Shown: positions 10,688 to 21,348 of the stretch, piece after piece
Layout: every line of letters begins with the position of its first letter
How positions within the stretch are numbered: position 1 is the first letter of the stretch
Assembly (NCBI GenBank): GCA_946965045.2
Contig: OX337229.1
Span: 5,518,001 to 5,582,000, forward strand
Source: Epithemia pelagica
Lineage: Eukaryota > Protista > Bacillariophyta
Reading direction: 5' to 3'
DNA length: 64,000 nt
Program-made: the position numbers and the translations under genes
Notes under the pieces: generated by a model
The model's input: the letters and a program-made list of their open reading frames with translations, nothing else
What the model was told of the DNA's origin: nothing
Database searches by the model: none

Positions 10688-12661
10688 CTCCCTCCTGAAA
10701 GAAAATAGTGCACGTTTTTTTTTGGTTATTTTAGTCGCGTTAAAAACTCTCGTAGGCTCTGGTACAAACCTACAGGAGGACGGCTGGCTCATTCGGAGTC
10801 GAACTCCACCCTGATTTCGTAGATGAACATAAACCAGTGACACGTGCCCCCCGGGTTGATCCATGGCTTCAGTTCCTACAACCCAGCGTGTCCTAACGCG
10901 AGAAAAACTCACTCGTCTCCTTCCAACCACACGAGAAAACACAACAAGAGCAACACAACCATAACAACAAATAATCCATTAAGGGTCCTATGATGACAAT
11001 CATTGGCCGTAGCCCCTGGCCGCCTCCTGAATCAAGTGGAGGTCGGCCAGGTATTCATTTAGTAGGATTAGGCATTAGTGTTCATATTCCATTACATGCA
11101 AATTGTTGTTTGGGTCGAATGCCTTTGTGACATCCAAGACAGTAGGGAGCTGACCTTTGTGCTCCAGACCCTCCTTGTTCAGGTGGGGGATCTGGTAGTC
11201 ATTCCCACCATCTTCTTCAATAATCCTGTTGAAACAGGATTGCAGTGTCAACCAGGTCCTGTTCAGTTTTTCTCTAGGATATTCAGCAAAAGCCTTTGTC
11301 ACAGAGTCGATCAAAGCCTTTTCGCACGATCCAACAATCAAACTTGCACTCTGAATGGCCCTGAAGAACCCCAAGTCACAGATATTGGTATCTGGACTAT
11401 TGGGAGACTGAGTGTACAGACTGGCATCCAACTGACCATCATTCTTCTGATCTTTTAGGAACTCAAGAAACTCAGGGTCGTCGTCAGAGATGTGAGATTT
11501 TGCACCATCCTGTTGGATCCTTACCACCCTTTCCTTCCTGTCCTCGACTGGCCATTTCTCTATAATGCCTGGCAACACCTTTTCAACCAGTAGAGCTCTG
11601 TAGACATCTCTTGTAATGCTTGTGTTTTTCCACACAGGAGTTCCCTTGGGACGATTTGCAGAATCTCTTTTGGCAGGAACCCACTCACCAATGGGCCAGA
11701 TACCAATCTTGCCATCCCACCACTTGTTTAGATAGGGGATGAAGCGAGGCCTTGCGATGGCACAGAGGAACATCACCTTGGTGACATGACTCTTGTGCTT
11801 GACAGTGCGATGTGGGTTTTTTTCATCGTCTGTCAACACAAATCTTTGCCCATCCTGGGAAAGATAAAACCACTTCTCATCCACATGAACCAGATCATAC
11901 ATATCCTCATACTCATACTCACCTTCCTTGCCTTCTTTCTCTTTGATAAAGGAGGTTGCCATGAGAAGGCGAGACAACTTGTTTTGTTCAGTCAACGTAG
12001 GCTTCAACATGTTTCTGTGGCTTCGAAGGATGCCTTTTTTCACCCACGAGTTCACCGTGGTGTGAGAAACCTTCAACGCGAGGGAGAGATTTTGCCTTGT
12101 GGTCCGTGCCATCAACGGAAGGGCTTTTACTCTCGATCTAATCGTGGAAGGTGAAAACTTAGGCCTTCGACCACGCGCGCTCAACTTCCTCGAAAATTCA
12201 GGCGAGTGAATTATGCCTGTGGCACGTGTGACGCGCGCGCCTTTCCAAACCCTACTTATGGTCGACCTGCCAAGATCCATCTCTCGAGCAACAAAAGCAA
12301 TGGAACCATGGCCAAAGGTGCCTTGATTGACCATGGAATTGAGCATCGAAACAATACGAATCTTGTCTGTTTCACGCAGAGCCTTGTACTTTGATGCCCT
12401 GGGGGGCCGCCCTGAAGAGGACGTGTTCATAGGCGCCATAGAAGTCTCAACCGGTGGGCACTGAAAAGCAAAGCTCGAAATGGCGCCTTTTGAACGGTCA
12501 TATCTCATCCCCTTGCAAGAATCGAACATATAAGTTATGCACCAATATAGAGCTAATGAGTAGAGCTTTCTAGGGAAAAAATTTTTAGGAAAAAAGGACG
12601 TTCGCTCGTTGAGATATCGTTTTTTTTCTAAAATCGTGCACTATTTTCTTTCAGGAGGGAG
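10688..12661 (-). mobile_element. Full-length Tc1/mariner (MLE) element, 1974 bp
   Basis: Perfect 27-bp TIRs CTCCCTCCTGAAAGAAAATAGTGCACG (10688-10714 and 12635-12661), with TA duplications at 10686-10687 and 12662-12663. CTCCCTCC termini are typical of plant/stramenopile MLEs. Confidence 0.95.
11075..12529 (-). CDS. Mariner-like transposase with DD43D triad (484 aa)
   Basis: Intact ORF with N-terminal HTH region, VHVDEKWFY, IQQDGAKSH and SPNSPDTNICDLGFF; 43 residues counted between the 2nd and 3rd Asp. Confidence 0.93.
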   Translation of the reverse strand: MFDSCKGMRYDRSKGAISSFAFQCPPVETSMAPMNTSSSGRPPRASKYKALRETDKIRIVSMLNSMVNQGTFGHGSIAFVAREMDLGRSTISRVWKGARVTRATGIIHSPEFSRKLSARGRRPKFSPSTIRSRVKALPLMARTTRQNLSLALKVSHTTVNSWVKKGILRSHRNMLKPTLTEQNKLSRLLMATSFIKEKEGKEGEYEYEDMYDLVHVDEKWFYLSQDGQRFVLTDDEKNPHRTVKHKSHVTKVMFLCAIARPRFIPYLNKWWDGKIGIWPIGEWVPAKRDSANRPKGTPVWKNTSITRDVYRALLVEKVLPGIIEKWPVEDRKERVVRIQQDGAKSHISDDDPEFLEFLKDQKNDGQLDASLYTQSPNSPDTNICDLGFFRAIQSASLIVGSCEKALIDSVTKAFAEYPREKLNRTWLTLQSCFNRIIEEDGGNDYQIPHLNKEGLEHKGQLPTVLDVTKAFDPNNNLHVMEYEH

Positions 12662-12843
12662 TAATAAAACCCGTAAACCGCTTCAATAGAATCTCAAACA
12701 CAACGGAGGTTGCAAGTCAATCTGACCTCGCATGGCAGAGGTCACCTACAAGTAACATCAAGAATAGGAATAGAAGAACAAGACCATTGAAGAAGTATCA
12801 AAACGAGAATTCCAAAGTTCAACCATCTGAGATTTTTGCGAAA

Positions 12844-14640
12844 ATGAGCTCTCAATCGAATGCAACGACCATGATGAACGGAGCGATGCCCATGCCAGGC
12901 ACAGCGATGACAGTAGTGCCAGCGATGCCCATGCCAGCGTTGCCCATGCCCACAACATGGGGTTCTCCTCCTGTAGGAATGCCAACCCTCTTTCCACCAA
13001 TGCCTCTTCCCAACGCCATGTCGTTTCCAATGGTCCCTTCTCTTCCTCCACCTCCAATGGGAATGACATGTTTTCCAGAACTCGGACAGGCATCACGGGC
13101 ATCACCGAGCAAACCTTCGAAAACACACGAGGACTCTCAAACAAACGATGCCTCCACAACACATGAGGACTCTAAAACCAGCATTTCTGATAATGCTACC
13201 ACCACAGCGGCTCCTGTCGTTCCCAAAGCGGCTCCTGTAGTTCCCAAAGCAGCTCCTGTCATTCCCAAAGCAGCTCCTGTAGTTCCCAAAGCAGCTCCTG
13301 TCGCTCCCAAAGCAGCTCCTGTCGCTCCCAAAGCAGCTTCTGTCGCCCCCAAAACGGCACCTGTTGTGAAAGATGCAAAATCTCCGAACAAGTCTCCCCC
13401 AACCAAAAACAAGACAAACGACACTCGACACGGACCCGTTCTGCCTCCACTGGGTGCTGCACCGAAACAGGGATCGATCCACGACAATCGATACGCAACC
13501 GGATTCATTCCACCTGTTCCTGGACCACATCCTTCTCCTTCCCATGCGTGGCCAGCCTATCCATATCCTCCTCCACCACCACCGCCACTCCCGATGGTAC
13601 CACCCCCACCTCCACCACCTCACGCATCGGTGCCGGTGGCTACGCACGAGGCAGCGTTGGCGGAGGAACGACGAACGGCTGCTGGACTTCGTTCCACAAT
13701 TAGCCGTCTCATGCTAAAAAACAGACGTCTGGAGCGGGAATTGCAAGAAGCATTACACAACGGCTTCAAGGCCGAAAAAGAGCTGGCCTTGGAGAAGAGG
13801 AGAAAAATTCGTCTCAAGAAAGAAAAGGAAAAAGCAGAAAAAGTGAAAAAGGTGTTTGTAAAAAGACAGCAGGAAAGAAAGAGAGCTGCCCTCGCGGCCT
13901 TGGTCGACACCCGTGCCAGCACTCGAAAAACCGAATCGGAACATGCAAACGAAAATGAGAGCGGAAACAATGAACCTAAAAGTAAAAGGGCGAAAACCGA
14001 TTCAGCCAGTGGTCAGAGTGTCGGTACTTTTGATACGAAGTATGATATGCAATGGCTGCAAATGCTCGAGGAATTGAAGAAGTTCAAAGAAGAATTTGGG
14101 CATTGTCATGTTCCAATGACAGATACCAAACTGGCACGGTGGGTTTCTGGTCAGCGCACTCAGTACTCGAATTTAATATCCGACAAATGGTCGACTTTAA
14201 CACCAGAGCGTGTGCGCGAGCTCAAGGCTATTGGCTTTTTATGGAAAGCGAAACCAAATGCCATTCGAATGAAGAATATGGATCGACTGGAACAGTTACG
14301 GGCGTACAAGGAGAAGTTTGGCCATTGCAACGTTCCTCAAAAGTGCACCGAATTTCCAGGACTCGGAAATTTTGTATTGTGTCAACGAAGATCCTATCGT
14401 CGTGGTCAGTTATCGCAAGATCAAATCGAATATCTTGAGTCGATGGGGTTTGAGTGGAGTTTGCGAAATCGTGGAGGAACTCTGGAGGAACGTATGAAAA
14501 AGTGGCAAACGAAAAAGACTGGAAACGACGATGACAACCAAGAAGAAAAGACAGGTGAAGAAGAAGAGGAAGATGGAGAAGGGACAGATTTGGAGGAAGA
14601 GGAGGACAACGCAATGTCTGCTAAGGGAGATATAGTTTAA
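12844..14640 (+). CDS. Helicase-associated (HA) domain protein with Pro-rich N-terminus and coiled coil
   Basis: Two HA repeats (WLQMLEELKKFKEEFGHCHVP...LARWVSGQR; LEQLRAYKEKFGHCNVP...LGNFVLCQR...LESMGFEW). First ATG is at 12844. Confidence 0.85.
   Translation: MSSQSNATTMMNGAMPMPGTAMTVVPAMPMPALPMPTTWGSPPVGMPTLFPPMPLPNAMSFPMVPSLPPPPMGMTCFPELGQASRASPSKPSKTHEDSQTNDASTTHEDSKTSISDNATTTAAPVVPKAAPVVPKAAPVIPKAAPVVPKAAPVAPKAAPVAPKAASVAPKTAPVVKDAKSPNKSPPTKNKTNDTRHGPVLPPLGAAPKQGSIHDNRYATGFIPPVPGPHPSPSHAWPAYPYPPPPPPPLPMVPPPPPPPHASVPVATHEAALAEERRTAAGLRSTISRLMLKNRRLERELQEALHNGFKAEKELALEKRRKIRLKKEKEKAEKVKKVFVKRQQERKRAALAALVDTRASTRKTESEHANENESGNNEPKSKRAKTDSASGQSVGTFDTKYDMQWLQMLEELKKFKEEFGHCHVPMTDTKLARWVSGQRTQYSNLISDKWSTLTPERVRELKAIGFLWKAKPNAIRMKNMDRLEQLRAYKEKFGHCNVPQKCTEFPGLGNFVLCQRRSYRRGQLSQDQIEYLESMGFEWSLRNRGGTLEERMKKWQTKKTGNDDDNQEEKTGEEEEEDGEGTDLEEEEDNAMSAKGDIV
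13207..13371 (+). repeat. Coding minisatellite, 21-bp unit (AAPVVPK) x7 plus one degenerate copy
   Basis: GCRGCTCCTGTMRYTCCCAAA-like units at 13207, 13228, 13249, 13270, 13291, 13312 and 13333. Confidence 0.95.
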
Positions 14641-15593
14641 GTTTGTTTGATGAAGGGAGCATTATGTTTCACTATATGGGTATCAATTGTCAATGTACTC
14701 GATCGTGCGTGCGTCCTAAAGTCTTTGAATTTTCTTTCCTCCTTTGCTTGATGCCGTTGGCCGTTGATGCAATCAGCAGACTGAAATTGGTGAACGAAGA
14801 GTACACTCTACCATAAAGGATGGGGTGCGCGTTCAAGCAAGCGCTTCGGCCAACCTAACTAGGCAGGTGTGCGTGCGTTTCGTTGCTGCCGACAATGGCT
14901 CCAGTACGTGCGAGTATGGCCAAAATGACATCTTATGAGAATTTCGACGATCGAATATGGCTTCGTTCACACTTGAAAAGGATTCTCACTAACACAAGGG
15001 AATCCGAAATCCCTATGGCAAAAAAAGAACACTTTGTTTTGGAGATTGGTCCCGCGGGTTTTCTCGGGCAACGGAAAAGAATTGTATTAGTGCGATCGGG
15101 TGAGCTATGGTCGCATTTCAGAAATTCAGGCAATATCAAGCGTCTCCAGGGTCATATTCCCCATCGTGAAGTTAAATAAATAACATCTGGAAAGATGGAG
15201 ATTGCTTCAAAAGAATCTTTCAAAGTCAAGTAATTATTTAAGCCGTGCCCAAGAGGACACAAGAGCCAAATCCATCAACATCCTTTCTTGCGGATCAATG
15301 ATCAATGGTGGTTGTCGTTTCCAGTTATTGAAAGCCTTAGATAACCGCTCAACGTTGACAAGACACGGCCCGGAAAAGAGCCGCTTGCTTTTCCATTGGA
15401 CCTACATTGTTGACTCTTTATCAGTGTATTTCTCCCTTAGTGGCCGATAGTCCACCTCGGCCACTCGCTCACGGATCCTTGTATTTGAGAGCGCTTGACG
15501 AGGTTTCGTTGAGAGCTTTGCTATCGCATAAGACGAGAATCACGCCAAGGTAGAAACGCTTTTGAATCTGAGAGGAAAACAGGACTTTGAGAA

Positions 15594-16994
15594 ATGGATT
15601 TTGCGAAATACCAGATCGATGTCCCAGACGTAGTCCAAGACGTTCGTCAACAGGGCTCCAAACTTCCGCGTGATTATAGCTTGGGAGTATATGACATTGG
15701 ATGTGGTCGAGGTCAGAGATTCTGTACGCATGCCGGAAACTTGCGCTTTCGTGAGATTGTTAATTCACATGTTGATCGATACCTCATGGCTCATAGCAAG
15801 ATCGCAAAAACTGCCCTCATTGTCTCGATCCTGGACGAAGTCCGAAAAGGCAAGGATGATGGGTTTTCGAAAGGACGATTTGTCAAGCAGCAAGACGATG
15901 GTAGCTGGATAGAGCTCGGTGATGCCGCCTCAAGAGACAAGGTCAGCAATGCGTTGCGATCGGCCGTTGCTTCAAGACGTGGTGGATATGGTACGGTCGA
16001 GGCTGCCGTGGCGACGCTTTCTTCCTCCTTTCAGAAACCAGGCGCTGCCAAAGATAAAGATGACGAAGGGAGAGAATCGCGCGATTCCAATGAATCTACT
16101 TTTCCGCTATTGCCACGCTTTACTCGCGAAGACAGCTCGGAAGAATGTCCTAGATTGGTTTTGGACAACAAGAGCAATAATGCCATGTCCTGCGCTGCAC
16201 TGCTTCAGTCTTTAGGGGGTTCTAGTTTTCCTTCATCCTTAAACCATGCACTTCAAATGCTTCATCATAATTCTGAACATCGGGGACTGGGCCCCGAAGA
16301 ATATCAGCAATTTTCGGACATCTCTGCTGTGATAAATGCGTTCTATGGGAGAGGTAAAAAAGACACTCATCAGCATCAGACCAACACTGGCCTGAACAAC
16401 CCCATGCATTCTGCTATTGCTACAATGCTTGGAATGACACCTGAAGACATATTGTCGGGCGCAATGGATTCTCTTTCTTCTCTCGCAAGTGGAAACGTGC
16501 ATGCAAAGACTTTGGAGCAAAAGAAACCAAGCAAGAGCCCCAAAGCCCATAACGGTAGCTCCTCGAAATCACCTTCAGGGAGGAAGAAACGAAGTGATGC
16601 CGGAAAAAAGCGCAAACCGAATACCGATCTAGCAGGGCATACGTTAAATAAGACTTCAAAGAGGAACCGAAAGATGGAGGGTTTGGAAACTTCACCGTCT
16701 CCTTACCTCGCCGTATCGTCGCAGTCGAACGAAGGATCAATTCCAGTTACGCCTCACGATGATTCAGTGCTCGTTTCTGAGCAGCATGCTAAGTACGAAC
16801 GGTCGTTTCCCGTTGTGACACCTCGAGAAGAGCTCTCTGGATCTTCGCGGTTGTGCCGCCCCAGTTCCAACTTGGTTACTCTGGCGGCAAGGCCCTCGTT
16901 CGATCAATCGGAACTGGAATCAACGGTAGGAGCTTTACAAGATTTGGATGCAGTATCTTCATTGCTTTTGTTGAAAGCGGGGTACAAGGAATAG
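15594..16994 (+). CDS. DUF6824-domain protein (466 aa)
   Basis: N-terminal CGRG...HAGNLRFREIV...RY...K...GRFVK...WIELGDAASRDKVSNALR signature followed by a disordered tail. Confidence 0.82.
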   Translation: MDFAKYQIDVPDVVQDVRQQGSKLPRDYSLGVYDIGCGRGQRFCTHAGNLRFREIVNSHVDRYLMAHSKIAKTALIVSILDEVRKGKDDGFSKGRFVKQQDDGSWIELGDAASRDKVSNALRSAVASRRGGYGTVEAAVATLSSSFQKPGAAKDKDDEGRESRDSNESTFPLLPRFTREDSSEECPRLVLDNKSNNAMSCAALLQSLGGSSFPSSLNHALQMLHHNSEHRGLGPEEYQQFSDISAVINAFYGRGKKDTHQHQTNTGLNNPMHSAIATMLGMTPEDILSGAMDSLSSLASGNVHAKTLEQKKPSKSPKAHNGSSSKSPSGRKKRSDAGKKRKPNTDLAGHTLNKTSKRNRKMEGLETSPSPYLAVSSQSNEGSIPVTPHDDSVLVSEQHAKYERSFPVVTPREELSGSSRLCRPSSNLVTLAARPSFDQSELESTVGALQDLDAVSSLLLLKAGYKE

Positions 16995-17226
16995 GGGACG
17001 GTGCAATTCAGGCACACTGTACACTGTTTTGTACGGATTTTCACGCTGTCATATTCACCGAGGAATGTGGGAGTATTCATGTGATACATACGATATCAGA
17101 CGGTTTCACAATACCATTGCTGATAAACTAGATAAGATACTGAGAGTCAATGGCTCTCGCTCACTAATTTCTCACCAGTCACATGTTCTCTGGGTAGAAT
17201 TGACGTGATTTTAGCCCTACGAATAA

Positions 17227-18371
17227 CTACTTTGTTGGTAGCTTGGAGACCACTTCCGGAACAGCTTTGAAAAGGTCGGCGCAGAGCCCGTAGTCTGCAA
17301 CCTGGAATATGGGCGCCTCGGCATCCTGATTAATGGCAACAATGGTTTTCGAATCCTTCATACCAGACAAGTGTTGAATGGCACCGCTGATACCGACTGC
17401 CACGTACAAATCGGGAGCGACGACTTTACCCGTCTGGCCCACTTGCCAGTCATTGGGCGCCATTCCAGCATCGACCGCCGCACGACTGGCTCCCACGGCA
17501 CCACCCCCACCCGATGTGGAATGAAATGCCAAGGCATCGGCCAGTTCTTCCAACATGGCAAAGTTCTTGCCTTCCTTCATGCCACGTCCACCCGAGACCA
17601 CCGTACTGGCGGCTGTCAAATCGGGGCGATCGGATTGGCTCACATTGGCGGAAATAAATTTGCTATTGGCGTACTCCTCCGCTTCTACTTCGGTCAGGGA
17701 AATGTCGCCAGTGTCGACGAGAGATGCCTTTTCAAAGCTCGTAGGGCGAATCGTCATGACTTTCATAGCGTCTGGTGTAGTTTTCACTTTGGCCAAGGCA
17801 TTTCCAGCGTACATGGGCCGAATAAAGGTATCTTTTGTAATGAACAAGATGCTGTGAGAAAGATTGTCTTAAATGGTAACGAATAATAACCTTCACGTAT
17901 CTCCTAGCACTTACCCGAATCAATGACCTCAAGAATGTCTGAAATGGGACTCACATTCAAAAGAGCTGCTGCCCTCGGTATCACACTCGACCCCGTTTTG
18001 GTACTTGTTCCAATGACTGCCTTACAGTCCTCCACTTTGGTAGTGGCAACTTGCTGAATGGTCAATGCCCATGTTTCTGGCAGGGCCAACGATTTGGTGC
18101 TGTAATGGAAAATGGCAGAAACCCCTTCCGGGACTTGAGTCGGTGGTCCTTCCGATCCGACTGTCAACAGGACGACATCGTCACCAGCTCCAATTTGCTT
18201 CGCGGCCGATACAGCTGACTGCGTTGAGGGTAACAAGGTGGCGGTTGGCGAATCCGACACCACCAGTACACTGGCCCATCTTTGGAGAGACACGGTGCTG
18301 CTCTGCGTAGGTCTTTTCCTTCTCAGGACGCCATGTGAACAGGATTGAAGGGCGCTTCTCAACGACAACAT
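17227..18371 (-). CDS. ETFA: Electron transfer flavoprotein alpha subunit, mitochondrial, 2 exons, 353 aa
   Basis: Exons 18371-17915 and 17831-17227 (1062 nt). Motifs [58 protein letters not shown]; Arg-rich transit peptide. Confidence 0.95.
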
Positions 18372-18741
18372 GGAACGGTTGAATATAGGAGCCTGCGTTG
18401 AACGATGATTGATCTTCTCGTGTCGTCGACAATGGCAATCACCCAAGTCGACCAAGAAGACGACCAAATCTTTGGAAGCGAAGCGTCACGACGGAATTCT
18501 CCCCAAGACTCAAAGATACATGTCATTCACGTTTAGTATTTTCTTAGCTGTGTATAAACTGAAGTTTATACGCGACTGGAAGAAATGGTCGCGTTACCGG
18601 AGGTTGGTCATGACGCCCCATCAACTTTTTGTTTGACACCATTTTTCCAATCTCGTCGACGCTCTTGTTTGTTCGGCGGCGACAAGGACATTCATAAAAA
18701 AAACATTGTCAAAGCGTTCACGGTTCAGAAAAGCATCGAAA

Positions 18742-19944
18742 ATGTCAGGTGTGTTCGTTGTTGCCGCGAAAAGGACTCCTTTTGGAGCATTTGGTGGACT
18801 CTTCAAGAGCATATCGGCAACGGAACTTGGAGCCGTGAGCACCAAGGCCGCTCTTGCTCAAGCCAATCTCGATCCGTCGAAAGTCGACTCGTGCTTTTTT
18901 GGAAATGTGATTCAGTCATCGTCCGATGCTGCCTACCTGGCCCGTCATGTGGCACTACAATCGGGTTGTGCTATTTCGACTCCTTCCTTGACCATCAACC
19001 GATTGTGTGGATCTGGGTTCGAGTCGGTCGTGCAAGGCGTCAAGAGCATTCAACTTGGGGAATCGTCAGTGGTTATCGCAGGGGGTACCGAAAATATGAG
19101 CATGGCACCGCTTGTTTCCGATGGAGACAAAGTCCGATGGGGCATGGGTTTGGGTCAAGGCCTGGCTCTGCGAGACGCTTTGTGGGATGGCTTGACGGAC
19201 AGCCACGTCAATACGCCAATGGGCATGACGGCGGAGAACCTTGCTCAACAATATGGTATATCCAGAAAGGAGTGCGACGAATTTGCTGTTTTGAGTCAAA
19301 CCCGATGGGCCGAAGCACAAAAAGCCGGTCTCTTTGTACACGAGATGGCGCCGGTCGAAGTCAAAGGGAAAAAGGGCGAAATGACTGCTGTCGATACCGA
19401 TGAGCATCCTCGTCCGGAAACGTCGGTTGAAAAGATTGGTAGGCTCAAACCTGTGTTTGCCAAGGATGGAGTCGTGACTGCGGCTAATGCGTCTGGAATA
19501 TGCGACGGTGCTGGAACCGTTGTATTAGCATCGGAAAAGGCTGTTCAAGAACACAACTTGACGCCTCTGGCAAGAGTCGTATCGTATGGTGTGACTGGTT
19601 GCGATCCCAAAATTATGGGCATTGGACCGGTCGAGGCCATTCGAATGGCGTTGCAGCGAGGGGGAGACTTGTCTTTGGCAAACGATGTGGACCGCGTTGA
19701 AATCAATGAAGCCTTTGCCGCTCAATTCTTATCGTGTGTCAAGGAGTTGGATTTGGACATGTCCAAAACCAATACACACGGAGGAGCCATCAGTTTGGGA
19801 CACCCCTTGGGTGCCTCAGGAAGCCGCATCATGGCGCATCTCGCCAATGAGTTTACCTACGCGCCACAAGATCAGAAAATTCATGTGGGTGCAGCCTGCA
19901 TAGGAGGAGGACAGGGCATTGCTGTTGTTTTGGAGCGAGCTTAA
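18742..19944 (+). CDS. ACAA2: 3-ketoacyl-CoA thiolase / acetyl-CoA acyltransferase (ACAA2-like, mitochondrial type)
   Basis: Thiolase motifs INRLCGSG, INEAF, GHPLGASG and CIGGGQG. ATG at 18742. Confidence 0.92.
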   Translation: MSGVFVVAAKRTPFGAFGGLFKSISATELGAVSTKAALAQANLDPSKVDSCFFGNVIQSSSDAAYLARHVALQSGCAISTPSLTINRLCGSGFESVVQGVKSIQLGESSVVIAGGTENMSMAPLVSDGDKVRWGMGLGQGLALRDALWDGLTDSHVNTPMGMTAENLAQQYGISRKECDEFAVLSQTRWAEAQKAGLFVHEMAPVEVKGKKGEMTAVDTDEHPRPETSVEKIGRLKPVFAKDGVVTAANASGICDGAGTVVLASEKAVQEHNLTPLARVVSYGVTGCDPKIMGIGPVEAIRMALQRGGDLSLANDVDRVEINEAFAAQFLSCVKELDLDMSKTNTHGGAISLGHPLGASGSRIMAHLANEFTYAPQDQKIHVGAACIGGGQGIAVVLERA

Positions 19945-20003
19945 GTATGACTCGCATAAATCGCCATCTCTAGAGACCTAACTTAGGACCAAGGTGAATC
20001 CAT

Positions 20004-20834
20004 CTACCGCCCCTCTTCTTGAGCATCAAACCATTTTCCTAGCGCAATAGCATCCATAGTCACAGCAAAGTAGCATGGACCAGTGATACTTGACAATGCA
20101 AGGGTCGGAAAATCTCGACCAAGCAATGGAGTCAGCAATTGTCCCAGAGCAGAATCCACATTGATTCCTTCAAGTGGCAAATAGTCACCGGCTGCTGGGA
20201 GGTAGTGCCAAAACCCTCCTGCAACAAATGGTAGTTCGGATAACGGGCCTCCTACGGATGCAATCGAAGCTGTCAACAATGCTGCTGCGGTTCCATCCAG
20301 CAAGGCCCATTGACACAGTGCCGCAAGAAGGAGCACCACAATGTGCTGGATGGCAATGTCTTGAAGTGGTACAAACGAATCCATCGCAGTTGGATGAGTC
20401 TCTAGGAATTCGGAAAGTTTGATAATGACGGCCGTCGTCAAGACGGCAGTGATTGCACGAAATTGAAGATTTTGAGGTGCTTTGGGAGACTGGGTCATAG
20501 AGTCTCCGTCTTTTGAAAACGGAGATGACGCCGTGTTGATTACAAATTGACATAGCCTTGGAAAGGCACCGCCAAGGACAACATATGCGATACCAAGTAG
20601 CGGAGGGACTACCCAGCTTGTCGCCAGGAGAGGCCCATGATCGGCTACCGGCAGTTCATTGGAGTGAACCAGTACTTGAGGGAAGGGAATATCAAAGGGA
20701 GCGTAATCATATTGCAATAGACATTGGTTGTGGAGACTATCGACCACTGGTCCAACAGTCAACCCAACGCCAAACAGCTTCCCAACGGTAGACGCTCGCA
20801 ATCCACTTGGTGCTGGAGGATCTAAAAATCTCAT
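20004..20834 (-). CDS. Multi-pass membrane protein, INSIG-like plant/algal family (276 aa)
   Basis: Several hydrophobic segments, plus GPVVDSLH, WVVPPLLG, GGPLSE...WHY and CYFA motifs recalled from algal/plant INSIG-domain proteins. Confidence 0.6.
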   Translation of the reverse strand: MRFLDPPAPSGLRASTVGKLFGVGLTVGPVVDSLHNQCLLQYDYAPFDIPFPQVLVHSNELPVADHGPLLATSWVVPPLLGIAYVVLGGAFPRLCQFVINTASSPFSKDGDSMTQSPKAPQNLQFRAITAVLTTAVIIKLSEFLETHPTAMDSFVPLQDIAIQHIVVLLLAALCQWALLDGTAAALLTASIASVGGPLSELPFVAGGFWHYLPAAGDYLPLEGINVDSALGQLLTPLLGRDFPTLALSSITGPCYFAVTMDAIALGKWFDAQEEGR

Positions 20835-21348
20835 GGTTGTCTGACCAATTCGAGTTCAGGGGCGTTGGTGCATTTTGAACGAAAGATGACGTTTCCCATG
20901 GTGGAACAAGAACAACCCCCATGACGCACGCCGACCTCTCACCGACCGAGACGCGCTCGATTGGTGTGACATGGTTTGCGCAAAAATCCGGAATAGATCA
21001 TGCGTGTCACGCCAGGGATTGAATTCCGCGATCCATGCTGGAACGAAAAGTTGCTCCTCGTAGGAATGCTACTGAGCGGGCCGAGAGAGGGGCTTAGTAA
21101 GAAACGATCGTTCGCTTCTGTTGTGCCCAAAAGGGTTCTGTGACCACACCCCACCTGTCAAAAACGCGGGGACCAATGATATCCGATATACGGCCCAACC
21201 TTACGATTATCGATTGTCTGGAATGTCAAACTCAAACCAGCAAGGAACGGTGGACACCCAAAGCAACTTTGTTTGTCGTCGTTAGCATTATCGTTGCCTT
21301 ACCGACATTATGGTGTGCTTACGGACGAGCCCAGTATTGGTTCAGTCC

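Noticed and set aside
18585-19403. 272-aa ORF overlapping the thiolase
   Set aside because: Alternate frame of ACAA2 with no recognisable features.
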